DNA of 64,000 bases, from the NCBI GenBank assembly GCA_963699165.1, contig OY969413.1, positions 468,562 to 532,561 of the forward strand, given 5' to 3'. The stretch is from Candidatus Kaiserbacteria bacterium (lineage in GTDB: Bacteria > Patescibacteriota > Minisyncoccia > Phycocordibacterales > Phycocordibacteraceae). The notes under the pieces are model-generated. The model was given only the letters and a program-made list of their open reading frames with translations, was not told the DNA's origin and did not search any database. Made by a program: the position numbers and the translations under genes. Shown here in pieces: positions 35,558 through 46,318 of the stretch (the first letter of the stretch is position 1; every line of letters begins with the position of its first letter).

Positions 35558-36295
35558 ATGGGAGTCGTCATACCCCGCCATGGGGAATCTCCTCTCGAAG
35601 TGCTCGCGCGGTGCGGCGCATACTATTCCTGTCCGAAGGACGCGCAAGGCAAACGACGGGGTCCTCTCGTGGGAGTCGTCGGGCGAGACCGACACAATCG
35701 CCAGTATGTTGCAGAGAAGTACGTATACTTCCCGGCAGTGGAAACGAGCCCGCCGGCTGTGCGGCACTTCTCCGAACTGCTCGATAGAGAAATACACGCT
35801 CGGGGCTTCCAAGACGATATTACTTTTTGCGCCGTTCCTGCCGGTGGCATCGTTCTGGCCGCGACGTTGGCCGATATCCATGGATGTGCGTATTTATCGG
35901 CCGAGAAGCGAGCAGTCGCGGTTGCGACTGCATCCTCGCGAGAAATTACGACGATTGTCTTTGGACGGCATCGACCTCGGCTCGGCGAAAAAATCATACT
36001 CATCGATGATGTCTGCAACAACTTCAGCACCACCGGTGCCATGATAGAACTCGTCGAACGCTATGGCGCAACCGTTGTCGGCATTGCGTGTGCGTTCAAC
36101 CGCTCCGTTGATGTTGAGTCGCATTTTGTGACGGTTTACGGGCTCGACTTGCCCATCATGACGGTCATCCGGCAACCGATTCGACAATACTCGCAAGATG
36201 ACCCGTTTGTGGCCGGCGATGTCCAAAAGGGAAACGTCGTATGGAATCCGAAAGCGGAATGGCCTTTACTGGCTGCGGCAATGGCCGCGGCATAA
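35558..36295 (+). CDS. Type I phosphoribosyltransferase (PyrE-like)
   Basis: AVPAGG, AEKR, PRPP-binding IILIDDVCNNFSTT. Confidence 0.8.
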   Translation: MGVVIPRHGESPLEVLARCGAYYSCPKDAQGKRRGPLVGVVGRDRHNRQYVAEKYVYFPAVETSPPAVRHFSELLDREIHARGFQDDITFCAVPAGGIVLAATLADIHGCAYLSAEKRAVAVATASSREITTIVFGRHRPRLGEKIILIDDVCNNFSTTGAMIELVERYGATVVGIACAFNRSVDVESHFVTVYGLDLPIMTVIRQPIRQYSQDDPFVAGDVQKGNVVWNPKAEWPLLAAAMAAA

Positions 36296-36435
36296 CGACA
36301 ACCTCCCGAATAGGAAGGGCCGCGACCGAAAGGGAGCGGCTTTTCGTTTGAATATCCGGCCATTATATGCATAATGGTTTGCGGAGCGACTTCGCGTCGC
36401 AAACTACTGTTCGTCATTGGGACCAAGGTGTGAAC

Positions 36436-36999
36436 ATGGAACTACCGCATAAATCATGGGTCGTGGGAGAACGGCTCCTTCAGCTCGGAATCGTCAGTAC
36501 GAGTACTAACGATATCCTCAAGCCGCCGACTGGCAAAGAGTTGTATCAGCTGGCATTGGCCATGTTGGACCGCTTTGGACTGCTCTACAAAGTCGAGCGG
36601 TTGCCTTCCCCTCGCCCGCGGGCAATTGTAAGCGTCTCCGAGTCGGATGATGAACTGGCCGGACAGCTTGCGCGAATACTCAAAATGAGAATTGTTCGAG
36701 CGAACGACGCAATTTATCACGACGCGGAACGGATTTTGCTCGTGAACTTCTTTCTGACCTCCGGCGCTTCGGTTTTGCATAGAATCGAGAAAAAACCGCC
36801 GGAAGTCGAAATCACTGCGATGTGGGTGGCAGTCGACCACGAAAAGGGCGACACCGAATTCCCATTTCCGGTTCAAGCGGCGCTGACCTTCTCTATGTTG
36901 CGCGAAATCGATGCGTGGCGAAAAGAGGAGGAGGAAAGACGGAAAAGAGAGATAGAGGAGATTCGGAAACGGGAAGCAGCGCAAATTCAAACCCGGTAG
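36436..36999 (+). CDS. Hypothetical protein with degenerate PRTase-like motif
   Basis: RILLVNFFLTSGAS resembles a PRPP loop but lacks the acidic pair. Confidence 0.55.
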   Translation: MELPHKSWVVGERLLQLGIVSTSTNDILKPPTGKELYQLALAMLDRFGLLYKVERLPSPRPRAIVSVSESDDELAGQLARILKMRIVRANDAIYHDAERILLVNFFLTSGASVLHRIEKKPPEVEITAMWVAVDHEKGDTEFPFPVQAALTFSMLREIDAWRKEEEERRKREIEEIRKREAAQIQTR

Positions 37000-37014
37000 C
37001 GGGAGAGAACGAAA

Positions 37015-37052
37015 ACCCGCCGCGTGCTGCACGCGGCGGGTATTTCTTTTTT
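37015..37052. terminator. Terminator between convergent genes
   Basis: 13-bp GC stem followed by a T-rich tract. Confidence 0.7.
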
Positions 37053-37056
37053 CGTT

Positions 37057-38841
37057 TTAGCGCCGCGATTTTGAACGGTCGTTTTCGGTGAGGTATTGCT
37101 TGCGCAGGCGCACGCTCTTCGGCGTGATTTCCAGATATTCGTCGTCGGCCATGATTTCAAGACCGCGCTCGATGGTGAGGTCGAAAATCGGAACGAGCAC
37201 AATGGCTTCGTCGGTGCCGGAGGAGCGGACGTTCGACTGGTTCTTCCCTTTTGTCGGATTCGCCACCATCTCTTCGCCCTTCGCGGTGTTGCCGATAACC
37301 ATGCCTTCATACACTTCCATCGCGGGCTTGATGTAGAGTTGTCCGCGGTCCTGCAAATTCCAAAGCGAGTAGCCGAGCGCTTTGCCGGTCGCCATCGAAA
37401 TCATGGAGCCCACAACGCGCTTCTTGATTTCGCCCGCATACGGCTGGAAGCCGATAAAGTGCGAGGAGAGAATGCCCTCGCCGCGCGTGTCGATGATGAA
37501 CATATTTTTGTAACCGAGCAGGCCGCGCGTCGGTCCGACAAAGGTGAGGCGCACGATGTCGCCGTGCTGAACGAGGTTTTGCATGACAAAGCCGCGGGGA
37601 CCGAGCTTCTCGATAATCGCGCCCTGAAATTCCGACGGCGTATCAATGACGACTTCTTCAAACGGTTCTTTTTTTACGCCGTCTTCTTCGCGAATGATGA
37701 CGTGCGGCTGGGAGACCTGAAGTTCGTATCCTTCGCGGCGCATATTTTCAAGAAGCACGGCAATGTGGAGCTCGCCGCGGCCGCTCACATGGAATGAATC
37801 GGCGCTATCGAAATCGATTTTGAGACCGACGTTCACTTCAAGTTCTTTCAAAAGACGGTCGCGAATCTGGCGGCTCGTCACAAACTTCCCTTCCCGTCCG
37901 GCAAACGGAGAATTGTTGACGAGAAAATTGAGCGCGATGGTCGGCTCGTCGACCGCAATAGCCGGAAGCGTCTGCGCCGACTCATCGGTCGTCACCGTCT
38001 CGCCAATGTAAATATCGGGAAGACCGGCAATGAGCGCGATGTCGCCTGCCGACGCCTCCTCCGTCTCGACGCGCTCGAGTCCTTTAAAGGTAAACACTTT
38101 GGTCGTGCGTCCGGTGCGCGTCTCGCCGTCCGGCTTTTTTATGAAAACGTTTTGGTTTGGGCGAACGGTGCCTTGGTAGATGCGACCGACCGCGAGACGG
38201 CCCATGAAGTTGTCGTATGCCAAGTTGAATGGCTGGAGCATGAGAGGCGCATTCGCATCGGCGTTTGCATTTGCGGCCGGTACTTTTTCAAGAATGAGGT
38301 CGAGAAGCGGCGCGAGGTCTTTGCGCTCGTCATCGAGATTTTTGATGGCGATGCCTTCGCGGCCGATTGAGTAGATAACCGGAAAATCGGATTGCTCGTC
38401 GGATGCGCCGAGTTCCAGGAAAAGCTCAAGGACTTGCTCTTCCGAGCGCGCCGGATTTGCGGCCGGCTTGTCTATCTTATTGAGCACGACAATCGGCTTC
38501 AACCCGAGTTCAAGCGACTTCTTCAAAACGAACCGCGTCTGCGGCATCGGTCCTTCCTGCGCATCGACGACGAGAAGCACCGAGTCGATGGAGCGCAGTA
38601 CGCGCTCGACTTCGCTGCCGAAGTCCGCATGTCCCGGCGTATCGACGATGTTGATTTTCGTGCCTTTGTATTCGACGGCGGCATTTTTTGCGTAAATGGT
38701 AATGCCCCGCTCGTGTTCAAGCGGATTGGTGTCCATCGTCGTGCCTTCGGGAGAGGCATGCGTTTGTTTTAGGATAGCGTCAGTGAGCGCGGTTTTCCCG
38801 TGGTCCACGTGCGCAATGATTGCGATATTCCGGATTTCCAT
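37057..38841 (-). CDS. typA: Translational GTPase TypA/BipA
   Basis: IAHVDHGKT, DTPGHADF, SPFAGREG, GRGELH, YLEITPKSVRLRK. Confidence 0.96.
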   Translation of the reverse strand: MEIRNIAIIAHVDHGKTALTDAILKQTHASPEGTTMDTNPLEHERGITIYAKNAAVEYKGTKINIVDTPGHADFGSEVERVLRSIDSVLLVVDAQEGPMPQTRFVLKKSLELGLKPIVVLNKIDKPAANPARSEEQVLELFLELGASDEQSDFPVIYSIGREGIAIKNLDDERKDLAPLLDLILEKVPAANANADANAPLMLQPFNLAYDNFMGRLAVGRIYQGTVRPNQNVFIKKPDGETRTGRTTKVFTFKGLERVETEEASAGDIALIAGLPDIYIGETVTTDESAQTLPAIAVDEPTIALNFLVNNSPFAGREGKFVTSRQIRDRLLKELEVNVGLKIDFDSADSFHVSGRGELHIAVLLENMRREGYELQVSQPHVIIREEDGVKKEPFEEVVIDTPSEFQGAIIEKLGPRGFVMQNLVQHGDIVRLTFVGPTRGLLGYKNMFIIDTRGEGILSSHFIGFQPYAGEIKKRVVGSMISMATGKALGYSLWNLQDRGQLYIKPAMEVYEGMVIGNTAKGEEMVANPTKGKNQSNVRSSGTDEAIVLVPIFDLTIERGLEIMADDEYLEITPKSVRLRKQYLTENDRSKSRR

Positions 38842-38964
38842 ACAAATAAAAATGGCCGTACTGGCCGATGTAGAAAATATACAACATTAATGTATTTAAA
38901 ACAAGGTATCTGCTTCGTTGTAAAACAGAAACGCCCGCAAGAGCAGGCGCTCTGCGGGCGGTAT

Positions 38965-39246
38965 TTATCCGCCGATACCGTCAACTACCTCCGCGGCCTT
39001 CTCACGCCAAAAATCCACATCAGCGACGTCAGGACCGTACGCGGCTTCATACGAAAGTCCGACTTCTTCTCTATCGATGACCCTGTCGTTGTCCTTGTGG
39101 TCGAATACCACGAAAAGGCCCTGGTAATCGCTAAGTCTGCGGACCTCAACGAGATATCGACCATCCAACCTCGACCACCAGACGACTCCGGCCGGAACAT
39201 CTTCAGATTCAAAACGAACAATTGGAACAAGAGCTTCAACGGACAT
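38965..39246 (-). CDS. Hypothetical protein
   Basis: 93-aa ORF with AGGAGG upstream and a hairpin downstream. Confidence 0.7.
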   Translation of the reverse strand: MSVEALVPIVRFESEDVPAGVVWWSRLDGRYLVEVRRLSDYQGLFVVFDHKDNDRVIDREEVGLSYEAAYGPDVADVDFWREKAAEVVDGIGG

Positions 39247-39324
39247 TAGCAGCCTCCTTTCTCTTAGGAAAGTATCTTAGGTAATTAGGATTTGCAAGTT
39301 TTTCCCGCGGTCGAATGCAATTGA

Positions 39325-40599
39325 TTAAAACAAGGTCGAAATGGCGGCTACGCCCGAAACGGCCATAAATACAATCGTTATCCAACCCAGCCAGGAAATA
39401 GTACGATTGTTCGCATACTGCCCCATGATTTTTTTATTGCCCGAAATTCGCACAACGAAAAAGAGGACGAACGGCGCAATGACGCCGTTCGCAACTGCCG
39501 CATAAATGAGCGTCTTAATCGGGTCGAGGTGCGCGAAGTTCGCAAGGATGCCGAGCAGCATCGAAAGAATGATGACGCCGTAAAAAGCCCACGCTTGTTT
39601 CAGCTTGCGATACAAACCGTATTTCCATCCGAAAATTTCTGCGAGCGCATACGCGGTCGAGCCCGCGAGCACCGGTATGGCAAGCAGTCCGGTCCCGATG
39701 ATGCCGAGCGCAAAGATGAAATACGCAAATTCTCCAAACGGTTTGAGGGCGAGCGCGGCTTGGTCTGCCGTCGCAATGTTGGTGAGGCCGTGCGCGTACA
39801 GCGTTCCGGCGCACGCGGCGAAGATAAAAAAAGTTGTTAGGTTTGAAAACAGCATGCCGCTCCAGATATCGGTACGCATATTTTTAATGGAGTGCGGAGT
39901 AACGTCGGCTCGGCGTTTTTTTACACTCGTCTCACCGTGCAAAATATCTTCCTCGATTTCCTGCGACGTCTGCCAAAAGAACAGGTACGGCGAGATGGTC
40001 GTGCCGAGCACGGCGCAAATCAGAAACAGCTGGTCTTTCGAAAATGTAATCGATGGAACGACGGTGTGATACAGAATATTCGCCCAGTCGAGATGCACCG
40101 AAAACGCAACGACCGCGTACGAGAGCAATGCGAACGTGAGGTATTTTAGATATTTCGAGTACTGCGCGTAGCTTACGAAAATTTGCAGCACCAAACTGAC
40201 GCATGCGAAGAAAATCACAAACAGTTCGATGGCAATGCCGGGGAAAATTAGCCGGGACGCCGCGGCCATTGCGGCAAGATCCGCCGCGATATTGAGCGTA
40301 TTCGCAAAAAACAGGAGCGCGGTCACCGTATAGAGCGCGCCCGGCGAGTAGTGCCGGCGGATATTTGCCGCAAGGCCGCGGCCCGAGACGAGCCCGATGC
40401 GCGCGCACATCTCCTGCACGACGGCCATGAACGGATACGTAAACAGCGCCATCCAAATGAGTTGCGGACCGTATTGCGCGCCCGCCTGCGAATACGTCGC
40501 AATGCCGGACGGGTCGTCGTCCGCGGCGCCGGTGGTGAGGCCCGGACCGAGTATTTCCCAATATTCCTCGAGTTCTTCGGGGAGCGTTTGTTTTTCCAT
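39325..40599 (-). CDS. NRAMP-family divalent metal transporter
   Basis: GPGL..GAADDDPSGIATYSQAGA, GTTISPYLFFWQ. Confidence 0.9.
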   Translation of the reverse strand: MEKQTLPEELEEYWEILGPGLTTGAADDDPSGIATYSQAGAQYGPQLIWMALFTYPFMAVVQEMCARIGLVSGRGLAANIRRHYSPGALYTVTALLFFANTLNIAADLAAMAAASRLIFPGIAIELFVIFFACVSLVLQIFVSYAQYSKYLKYLTFALLSYAVVAFSVHLDWANILYHTVVPSITFSKDQLFLICAVLGTTISPYLFFWQTSQEIEEDILHGETSVKKRRADVTPHSIKNMRTDIWSGMLFSNLTTFFIFAACAGTLYAHGLTNIATADQAALALKPFGEFAYFIFALGIIGTGLLAIPVLAGSTAYALAEIFGWKYGLYRKLKQAWAFYGVIILSMLLGILANFAHLDPIKTLIYAAVANGVIAPFVLFFVVRISGNKKIMGQYANNRTISWLGWITIVFMAVSGVAAISTLF

Positions 40600-40963
40600 A
40601 CCGATGGAATCAGTATATCAAAGTCAGACCCGCGCCTTTCGGCGCGGGTGAATGGAATAGAATCTACTTCGAGGGCTTCGGGAAGCGATTCAGGGATTCG
40701 AGAGACCCGCGTGCGGCATGAATCATTGCGAACAAGGCCGCGACGCCTATCATTCCCATTGCGACTATGTGCTGAACCGGATTTCCGCGCGCGCGTGGCT
40801 TGTTCGGATTTCCGGCAATTCCCCCAGCGTGGGAATACGGGGATTTTTTATTGAACTCGTAACACATGATATTGAGTGACCTCTCTTTCTTCCTAGTAGG
40901 ACAATACCACCTTCTCCAAAAAAGTACACCGCTCACGAAAGAGACCCGTCCTCACGACGGGCC

Positions 40964-41197
40964 TCAAGAACGAATCCTGAATCGTAATCGTAGAACAAGC
41001 GGTTCTATCGTTATGCTGAAGAGCAGGCGCCCAACGAATACGAACAGCGCCACAACAAGCCAACGCAAAGTACTCGGATCGACGGGAACGAACGCTCGAA
41101 ACAGAGCGTTTACAAACCGGAAGATTGCGAACAGCAGGCAGGTCCCGGCAAACCACACCAGCACATCAATGTTGTCGAGGATCTGCCACAACTCCAT
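40964..41197 (-). CDS. Small membrane protein
   Basis: 77-aa ORF with two hydrophobic segments. Confidence 0.45.
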   Translation of the reverse strand: MELWQILDNIDVLVWFAGTCLLFAIFRFVNALFRAFVPVDPSTLRWLVVALFVFVGRLLFSITIEPLVLRLRFRIRS

Positions 41198-41248
41198 CGA
41201 AAGCTCCTTTCCGGCCATCCGGAATGACCATAGTAATAGTACCAAATC

Positions 41249-42715
41249 CTAGAGTTTATTTTCCAGGTCCAGAATATCGTCGATGCGTATCTGCGCCACA
41301 AATTCGGGCACGTGCGAGACGAGTATCATCGCACCGGCATACGCATCGAGCGCTTTGGCGATAATCGGCAGGTGGCGAAAGTTGATGTGGTTCGTCGGCT
41401 CATCGAGAATAAGGAGTCCGGGACGCTCAAGCACGAGCGACGCGAACGCAACAAGTCCTTTCTGGCCTTCGGAAAGGTTGCCGATTTTCGTATGAATCAC
41501 ATCGCCCATGAGTAAAAAACCGGCCGCGACCGTGCGCAGATGCTGTTCGCCCGCCTTCCCCATCGCATGCGCAAGCGCTTCGTACACGGTCTGATTGAAA
41601 TCAAGCGTTGAAAAATCCTGCCGATAGTAGCCGACTTTTACGCCCGCAGAAATTGTCGCGCCTGCCGCATCGCCGCGCGCGATGGCTTCAAGCAGGGTGC
41701 TTTTGCCGATACCGTTCGGACCTTTGAGAAGAAGATGATTATTTTTCCGCAAAGCGATGTTTGCCGTTTTCTTCACCGGCTTTTTTCCTTTTTGCACGCT
41801 GTACGACGCGAGCGAAAGCACCACGCCGCTTAATTCCTGCTGCGCCGGAATCGTAAACGGCCGAATCGTTTTGTCTTCTTTGCGCACATCCACTTTGGCT
41901 TCCTCCATTTCTTCAACCTCCATGCGCATCTTCTTTGCGACGAGGCGCATCTTGCCACCTTTCTGCGCGAAGAAGTTCGCCTTGTCTTTATTGTCCTGAA
42001 TCTTTTTCTCGAGCTGGGCATTCTTCCGATTTTCTTTTTCGATGCGAAGCAAGATGTCGCGCTGGACGTCGCGATAGTTTCCGGGATACTGCTCGATTTT
42101 GCGCGTAAAAACGTCGAGGTAGAGCACGCCGGTGGTAAACGCATTTAAAAAGTCCGCATCGTGAGAGATGACGATGCAGGTTTTCGGATAGTCGACGAGA
42201 AAATCGGTGAGGTGTTTGATGCCCGCCGTATCAAGATTGTTTGTCGGCTCGTCAAGCAAGAGCAATTCCGGATTCTGAATGAGCGCTGAAGCGAGCAGTA
42301 ATCGCGCCTGCTGTCCGCCGGAAAATGTTTTAAGTACGCGGTCGTGAAGTTTCTCGTGGTGCTTGAGATTTACGACTTCAAGCACATCGTCGATTCTTGG
42401 GTCGATGTCGTACATCGGCTTGCTAAAACATTTTTGGAAAAATTCACGGACAGTCAGATTGAGCGCGTCTCGCGGAATCACCTGCGGCGCGGTTGCAATC
42501 GTCACGCCGTGCGCCGTATGAATTTCGCCCGACTCCGGCTTGAGCGTTCCGGCGATAAGCCCGAAGAGTGTCGACTTCCCCGCGCCGTTCTGTCCCATCA
42601 CCGCCATCTTCATCCCGCGTCGAATCGGAAAATCAACCTCGTCGAGGATTGGTTTGTTGTGTCCGTATTCAAATGAGACCTTTTCGAAGCGAATGACGCT
42701 TTCTTCGCGAGCCAT
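41249..42715 (-). CDS. ABC-F family ATPase
   Basis: Two NBDs (GQNGAGKS, GPNGIGKS; LDEPTNNLD, LDEPTNHIN), no TM segments. Confidence 0.92.
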   Translation of the reverse strand: MAREESVIRFEKVSFEYGHNKPILDEVDFPIRRGMKMAVMGQNGAGKSTLFGLIAGTLKPESGEIHTAHGVTIATAPQVIPRDALNLTVREFFQKCFSKPMYDIDPRIDDVLEVVNLKHHEKLHDRVLKTFSGGQQARLLLASALIQNPELLLLDEPTNNLDTAGIKHLTDFLVDYPKTCIVISHDADFLNAFTTGVLYLDVFTRKIEQYPGNYRDVQRDILLRIEKENRKNAQLEKKIQDNKDKANFFAQKGGKMRLVAKKMRMEVEEMEEAKVDVRKEDKTIRPFTIPAQQELSGVVLSLASYSVQKGKKPVKKTANIALRKNNHLLLKGPNGIGKSTLLEAIARGDAAGATISAGVKVGYYRQDFSTLDFNQTVYEALAHAMGKAGEQHLRTVAAGFLLMGDVIHTKIGNLSEGQKGLVAFASLVLERPGLLILDEPTNHINFRHLPIIAKALDAYAGAMILVSHVPEFVAQIRIDDILDLENKL

Positions 42716-42797
42716 CTCTCCACCCTAGCGCAATTCGGGGAAAAATGGAAAAAGGCGCCGCACGTGCGACGCCTTTGCTGCGGCGCTCTTTAGGCCG

Positions 42798-43292
42798 CTA
42801 CATCGGCCACTCTGCCAAATCTTCGATGGCGGCAGTGAGCGTTTTGTACCACTCCGTCGGACTGCATCCGAAAAGCAGCAAATCGGCAGCCGACCTATAG
42901 TGGCGCACCACTCCGTCGCCGGCGAGAACTTGAAAACCGATTCCATTATGGTAGTCGGCCCAAATTCTTTTGCCCAGAAGACGCAGCGTGTCGAGCGGAA
43001 AAGCGGGCGGCTTTGTCCTGATTGGGGGTTGTCCTACGACGACGGCGACGCACCTTTGCATCGGCAAGGAGAACGTTCCATTCCCCTCATCCATAACAAC
43101 CTTGCCGCCCGTGAGGAGACCCATGTGGTACATGACACTGAGGTGACGGCCCCGGTCTTCCTTTTTGCCGTCGGCGGACCGAGCAAGGAGCGAGTTCTGC
43201 ATTTCCCGCCGGATTATGAGCACCAATTCTCTCGTATGTCCTCCTAACATATTTTCGAGATGTACCAAGGACTCTTGCAATACAGTCGGCAT
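42798..43292 (-). CDS. Hypothetical protein
   Basis: 164-aa ORF with AAGGA upstream. Confidence 0.5.
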   Translation of the reverse strand: MPTVLQESLVHLENMLGGHTRELVLIIRREMQNSLLARSADGKKEDRGRHLSVMYHMGLLTGGKVVMDEGNGTFSLPMQRCVAVVVGQPPIRTKPPAFPLDTLRLLGKRIWADYHNGIGFQVLAGDGVVRHYRSAADLLLFGCSPTEWYKTLTAAIEDLAEWPM

Positions 43293-43405
43293 GTCGTTCC
43301 TTTCCGATTTGCCGCAAATGCGCATGCATCATGCGCTCAAAGCATCTGCGGTGATACTGCGCGTTTCCGCAACCATTGTCAAGAAAAATAAGGTATAGTG
43401 CGCTT

Positions 43406-44143
43406 ATGGCAAAACCTACCAAACCGGCCGCGGAGGAATACCCTATGCGCATCAACAAATACCTCGCAAAGCAGGGCGTTTCAACGCGCCGCGGCGCAGA
43501 CGAGCTTATCGCCCGCGGCAAAGTGCTTTTGAACGACCGCGTGGCCGTGCTTGGCGACAAAGTGCAAGAAGGCGACCGCGTCGAGCTTCGCGGCAAAGAT
43601 AAACCTAAAAAGTATGTATATTTCGCATACAATAAACCGGTCGGCATCATTACTCACTCGCCGCAAAACGGTGAAAAAGACATCAAGCAGGCGGTAGAAA
43701 AAGCGAAGGAGCTTCGCAATGTCTTTCCGGTCGGCCGCCTCGATAAGGACTCGAGCGGATTGCTGATTCTGACCGACGACGGCCGCGTCACCGACCGGCT
43801 CTTGAGTCCCGAGTACGAACACGAAAAAGAATACCGCGTGCGCACGCAAGAACCGCTCCGCGAAAGCTTCAAACAGAAAATGGAGTCGGGTGTGATGATT
43901 GACGACTATCTCACGAAGCCGTGCAAGATTAAAAAGACCGGCGCAAATACGTTTACGATTACGCTTACCGAGGGCAAAAAGCATCAGATACGCCGCATGG
44001 TCTCGGCGCTGTACAACACCGTCGTCGAACTGGAACGCACGCGCGTGCTCAACATTCGTCTCGAAAACTTGCCAAAAGGCGCGTGGCGGCCGATAGAAGG
44101 AAAAGAACTTGAAACGTTCCTAACGCACATCGGACTGAAATAA
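43406..44143 (+). CDS. rRNA pseudouridine synthase (RsuA/RluB/RluF family)
   Basis: S4 domain MRINKYL, GRLDKDSSGLLILT, EGKKHQIRRM. Confidence 0.93.
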   Translation: MAKPTKPAAEEYPMRINKYLAKQGVSTRRGADELIARGKVLLNDRVAVLGDKVQEGDRVELRGKDKPKKYVYFAYNKPVGIITHSPQNGEKDIKQAVEKAKELRNVFPVGRLDKDSSGLLILTDDGRVTDRLLSPEYEHEKEYRVRTQEPLRESFKQKMESGVMIDDYLTKPCKIKKTGANTFTITLTEGKKHQIRRMVSALYNTVVELERTRVLNIRLENLPKGAWRPIEGKELETFLTHIGLK

Positions 44144-44161
44144 ATCGGGTATACTGATTGA

Positions 44162-44635
44162 ATGAAAAACGGAAAGAAAACCGTTGTTGTCTCCGGAGGT
44201 TTCGACCCGATTCATATCGGACACATCCGCATGATGCAGGAAGCGCGTGCGCTCGGCGACCGGCTCGTCGTGATTTTGAATAACGACAACTGGCTGACAA
44301 CTAAGAAAGGGTTTGTTTTTATGCCGGAAGCAGAACGCGCGGAAATCATCGGCGCGTTTGATTTCGTCGATGAGGTTGTGCTGTCGACGCATGGAGAAGA
44401 TGACATCGATCGTTCGGTTTGCCGCGAACTCGATGCAATTCGACCGGATATTTTTGCAAACGGCGGCGACCGGCGGAATGAGGATGAAATCCCCGAATCC
44501 GCCGTATGCAAGAAGCACGGTATCGAGATGCTATTCAATATCGGCTTCGGGGGCAAAGTGCAGTCGAGCTCGTGGCTCACGGGAAAACTGAAAACGCATA
44601 GCGAAAAACTCGCTGAAAAATCAGCCGCCGCGTGA
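44162..44635 (+). CDS. Cytidylyltransferase family protein
   Basis: SGGFDPIHIGH, FANGGDR, QSSS. Confidence 0.88.
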   Translation: MKNGKKTVVVSGGFDPIHIGHIRMMQEARALGDRLVVILNNDNWLTTKKGFVFMPEAERAEIIGAFDFVDEVVLSTHGEDDIDRSVCRELDAIRPDIFANGGDRRNEDEIPESAVCKKHGIEMLFNIGFGGKVQSSSWLTGKLKTHSEKLAEKSAAA

Positions 44636-44651
44636 GCGAAATCCGCGCCGT

Positions 44652-45053
44652 TTAGGTATTTAGATACGTCACCGTCAGTTGCAAAACGGTAGCGAAAGAT
44701 ACCCAGAGTAAATACGGAATGTTCGCATACGCGACCCACGGAACGAGCGGAAAGACGGCGACAATCGCCCAGATGAGCGTCGCGAGAACGAGCAGAACAT
44801 CGACCGCCGCGAGCCGCATATTTTTAATGCCGAATTCAAGCCATGTGAAGGAAAAATTGAATACGAGATTGAGCGCAAACGGCAGCGCGACGAGCCACGA
44901 CAGATTTCCCGCAAACGTTTGGTAGAAAACCGCGCCGAAGGAAATCGCAATGAGAATGTAGAGCACCGTCCACACGGGACCGAACAGCCATGCGGGCGGC
45001 GCCCACGATGGCTTGCGAAATTCCCGATACGACCGATACGTACCCGATGCCAT
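44652..45053 (-). CDS. TspO/MBR family protein
   Basis: KPSWAPPAWLFGPVWTVLY, PYLLWVSFATVL. Confidence 0.92.
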   Translation of the reverse strand: MASGTYRSYREFRKPSWAPPAWLFGPVWTVLYILIAISFGAVFYQTFAGNLSWLVALPFALNLVFNFSFTWLEFGIKNMRLAAVDVLLVLATLIWAIVAVFPLVPWVAYANIPYLLWVSFATVLQLTVTYLNT

Positions 45054-45054
45054 A

Positions 45055-46017
45055 CTACTGCGCGACCGTGAGCGTATGGCGAATCCCGTCAAACTCCGTA
45101 AGCAGCGCTTGTTTGTCGAATTCTTTCACCGCGCCGGCGGGATAATTTTCGATGACGCCGTAGTGAATGAAGTAACGCACGGCGATGCAAGGACTCGTGC
45201 CCGGATACGCATACACCGTCTCCTCGTAGCGGTTGCCTGCGCCTGCGCCGGTTGACGTTGCGAGCGAATACTGCATGTCTCCCTCGTTCACGATTGTTGC
45301 CGTGATTCCCTTTTCAAGAAAAAGCGCGGCGGTGCAAATCGGCGCTTTCGGAATCTGTTCGACGCCCACATAGCTGTCGGACCCGAGATTGGTGCCTGCG
45401 TGTGTGCTAGACGCTATAGTGAACTTTATTCCGGAAATGCTTTTCCCCGGACCGAGTTCCTGGTACTTATACGGCGTACCGGTCGCATAGCCGTAGGGCA
45501 AACGAATCGAGAAACCGAATATGGAATTCGAATATATTTCCGGAAGCGCGATTCCCGTCGGCTCCGGCGCAACTACGATGCAACCGGTAAAGGATGACGG
45601 TTTATTATTTTCGAGAACGAGCGCAGTGTTGCCCTTATCCCAAAATACGAACGATTCGTCGGCATTCGCGTAGCGGCCGCCGTCGGCTGAAATGGTTTGG
45701 TTAAGCGTCATCGCGCGGCCGTCGGAAAGAGTGAGCGCGACGATGCCGTTCGGCACGGGCGGCTGATCTGGGCTTGTGGATGTTGCCGCCGTGGATGAAG
45801 CGTTTTCCGAAAACGCGGCCGTAATACTCTTGCCGCCGTCGCACGAGTACAACGCGGTCGTAACTTGCGGCTGCACTACCGGCGTCGAAGTGGCAACCGT
45901 AACCGGCAACACAGGCACAGGCGCGGGCGGAAACAAATGCGACACTTCAAAATAGATGGCGACGCCGGCGACCGCGACAATCACAATAGCAAGAATTATT
46001 TTCGTGGTTGTATTCAT
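45055..46017 (-). CDS. Membrane-anchored protein with MliC-like domain
   Basis: N-terminal TM; YSCDGG...ISADGGRYAN...FWDKGNTA. Confidence 0.75.
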   Translation of the reverse strand: MNTTTKIILAIVIVAVAGVAIYFEVSHLFPPAPVPVLPVTVATSTPVVQPQVTTALYSCDGGKSITAAFSENASSTAATSTSPDQPPVPNGIVALTLSDGRAMTLNQTISADGGRYANADESFVFWDKGNTALVLENNKPSSFTGCIVVAPEPTGIALPEIYSNSIFGFSIRLPYGYATGTPYKYQELGPGKSISGIKFTIASSTHAGTNLGSDSYVGVEQIPKAPICTAALFLEKGITATIVNEGDMQYSLATSTGAGAGNRYEETVYAYPGTSPCIAVRYFIHYGVIENYPAGAVKEFDKQALLTEFDGIRHTLTVAQ

Positions 46018-46034
46018 ACCGCAAGTATACTCCT

Positions 46035-46283
46035 TCAAAAGCCCGCAACGCCCTTCCCTTTTAGATATTCCGCAACCTGCTCTTTGTCCGAATCGGCGAG
46101 AATGTAACCATCGATGTCGAGCGTCGGCGTCTTTGTCTGAAAGGATTTCACGAGAAGCTCGTCGAAATACGCCGTGTTGCCGAGCACTTCGCGCTCCTCA
46201 AACGCAACTCGTTTTTCACGCAGCAAATCCAAAACGCCTTTGCACCAAGGACAGCCGTTTTTTGTGTACAAAATTATATTCAT
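46035..46283 (-). CDS. Glutaredoxin family protein
   Basis: CPWC, TPTL. Confidence 0.9.
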   Translation of the reverse strand: MNIILYTKNGCPWCKGVLDLLREKRVAFEEREVLGNTAYFDELLVKSFQTKTPTLDIDGYILADSDKEQVAEYLKGKGVAGF

Positions 46284-46318
46284 AGTTCAATACTACACGA
46301 AATTCGCGCCGGACAGAA

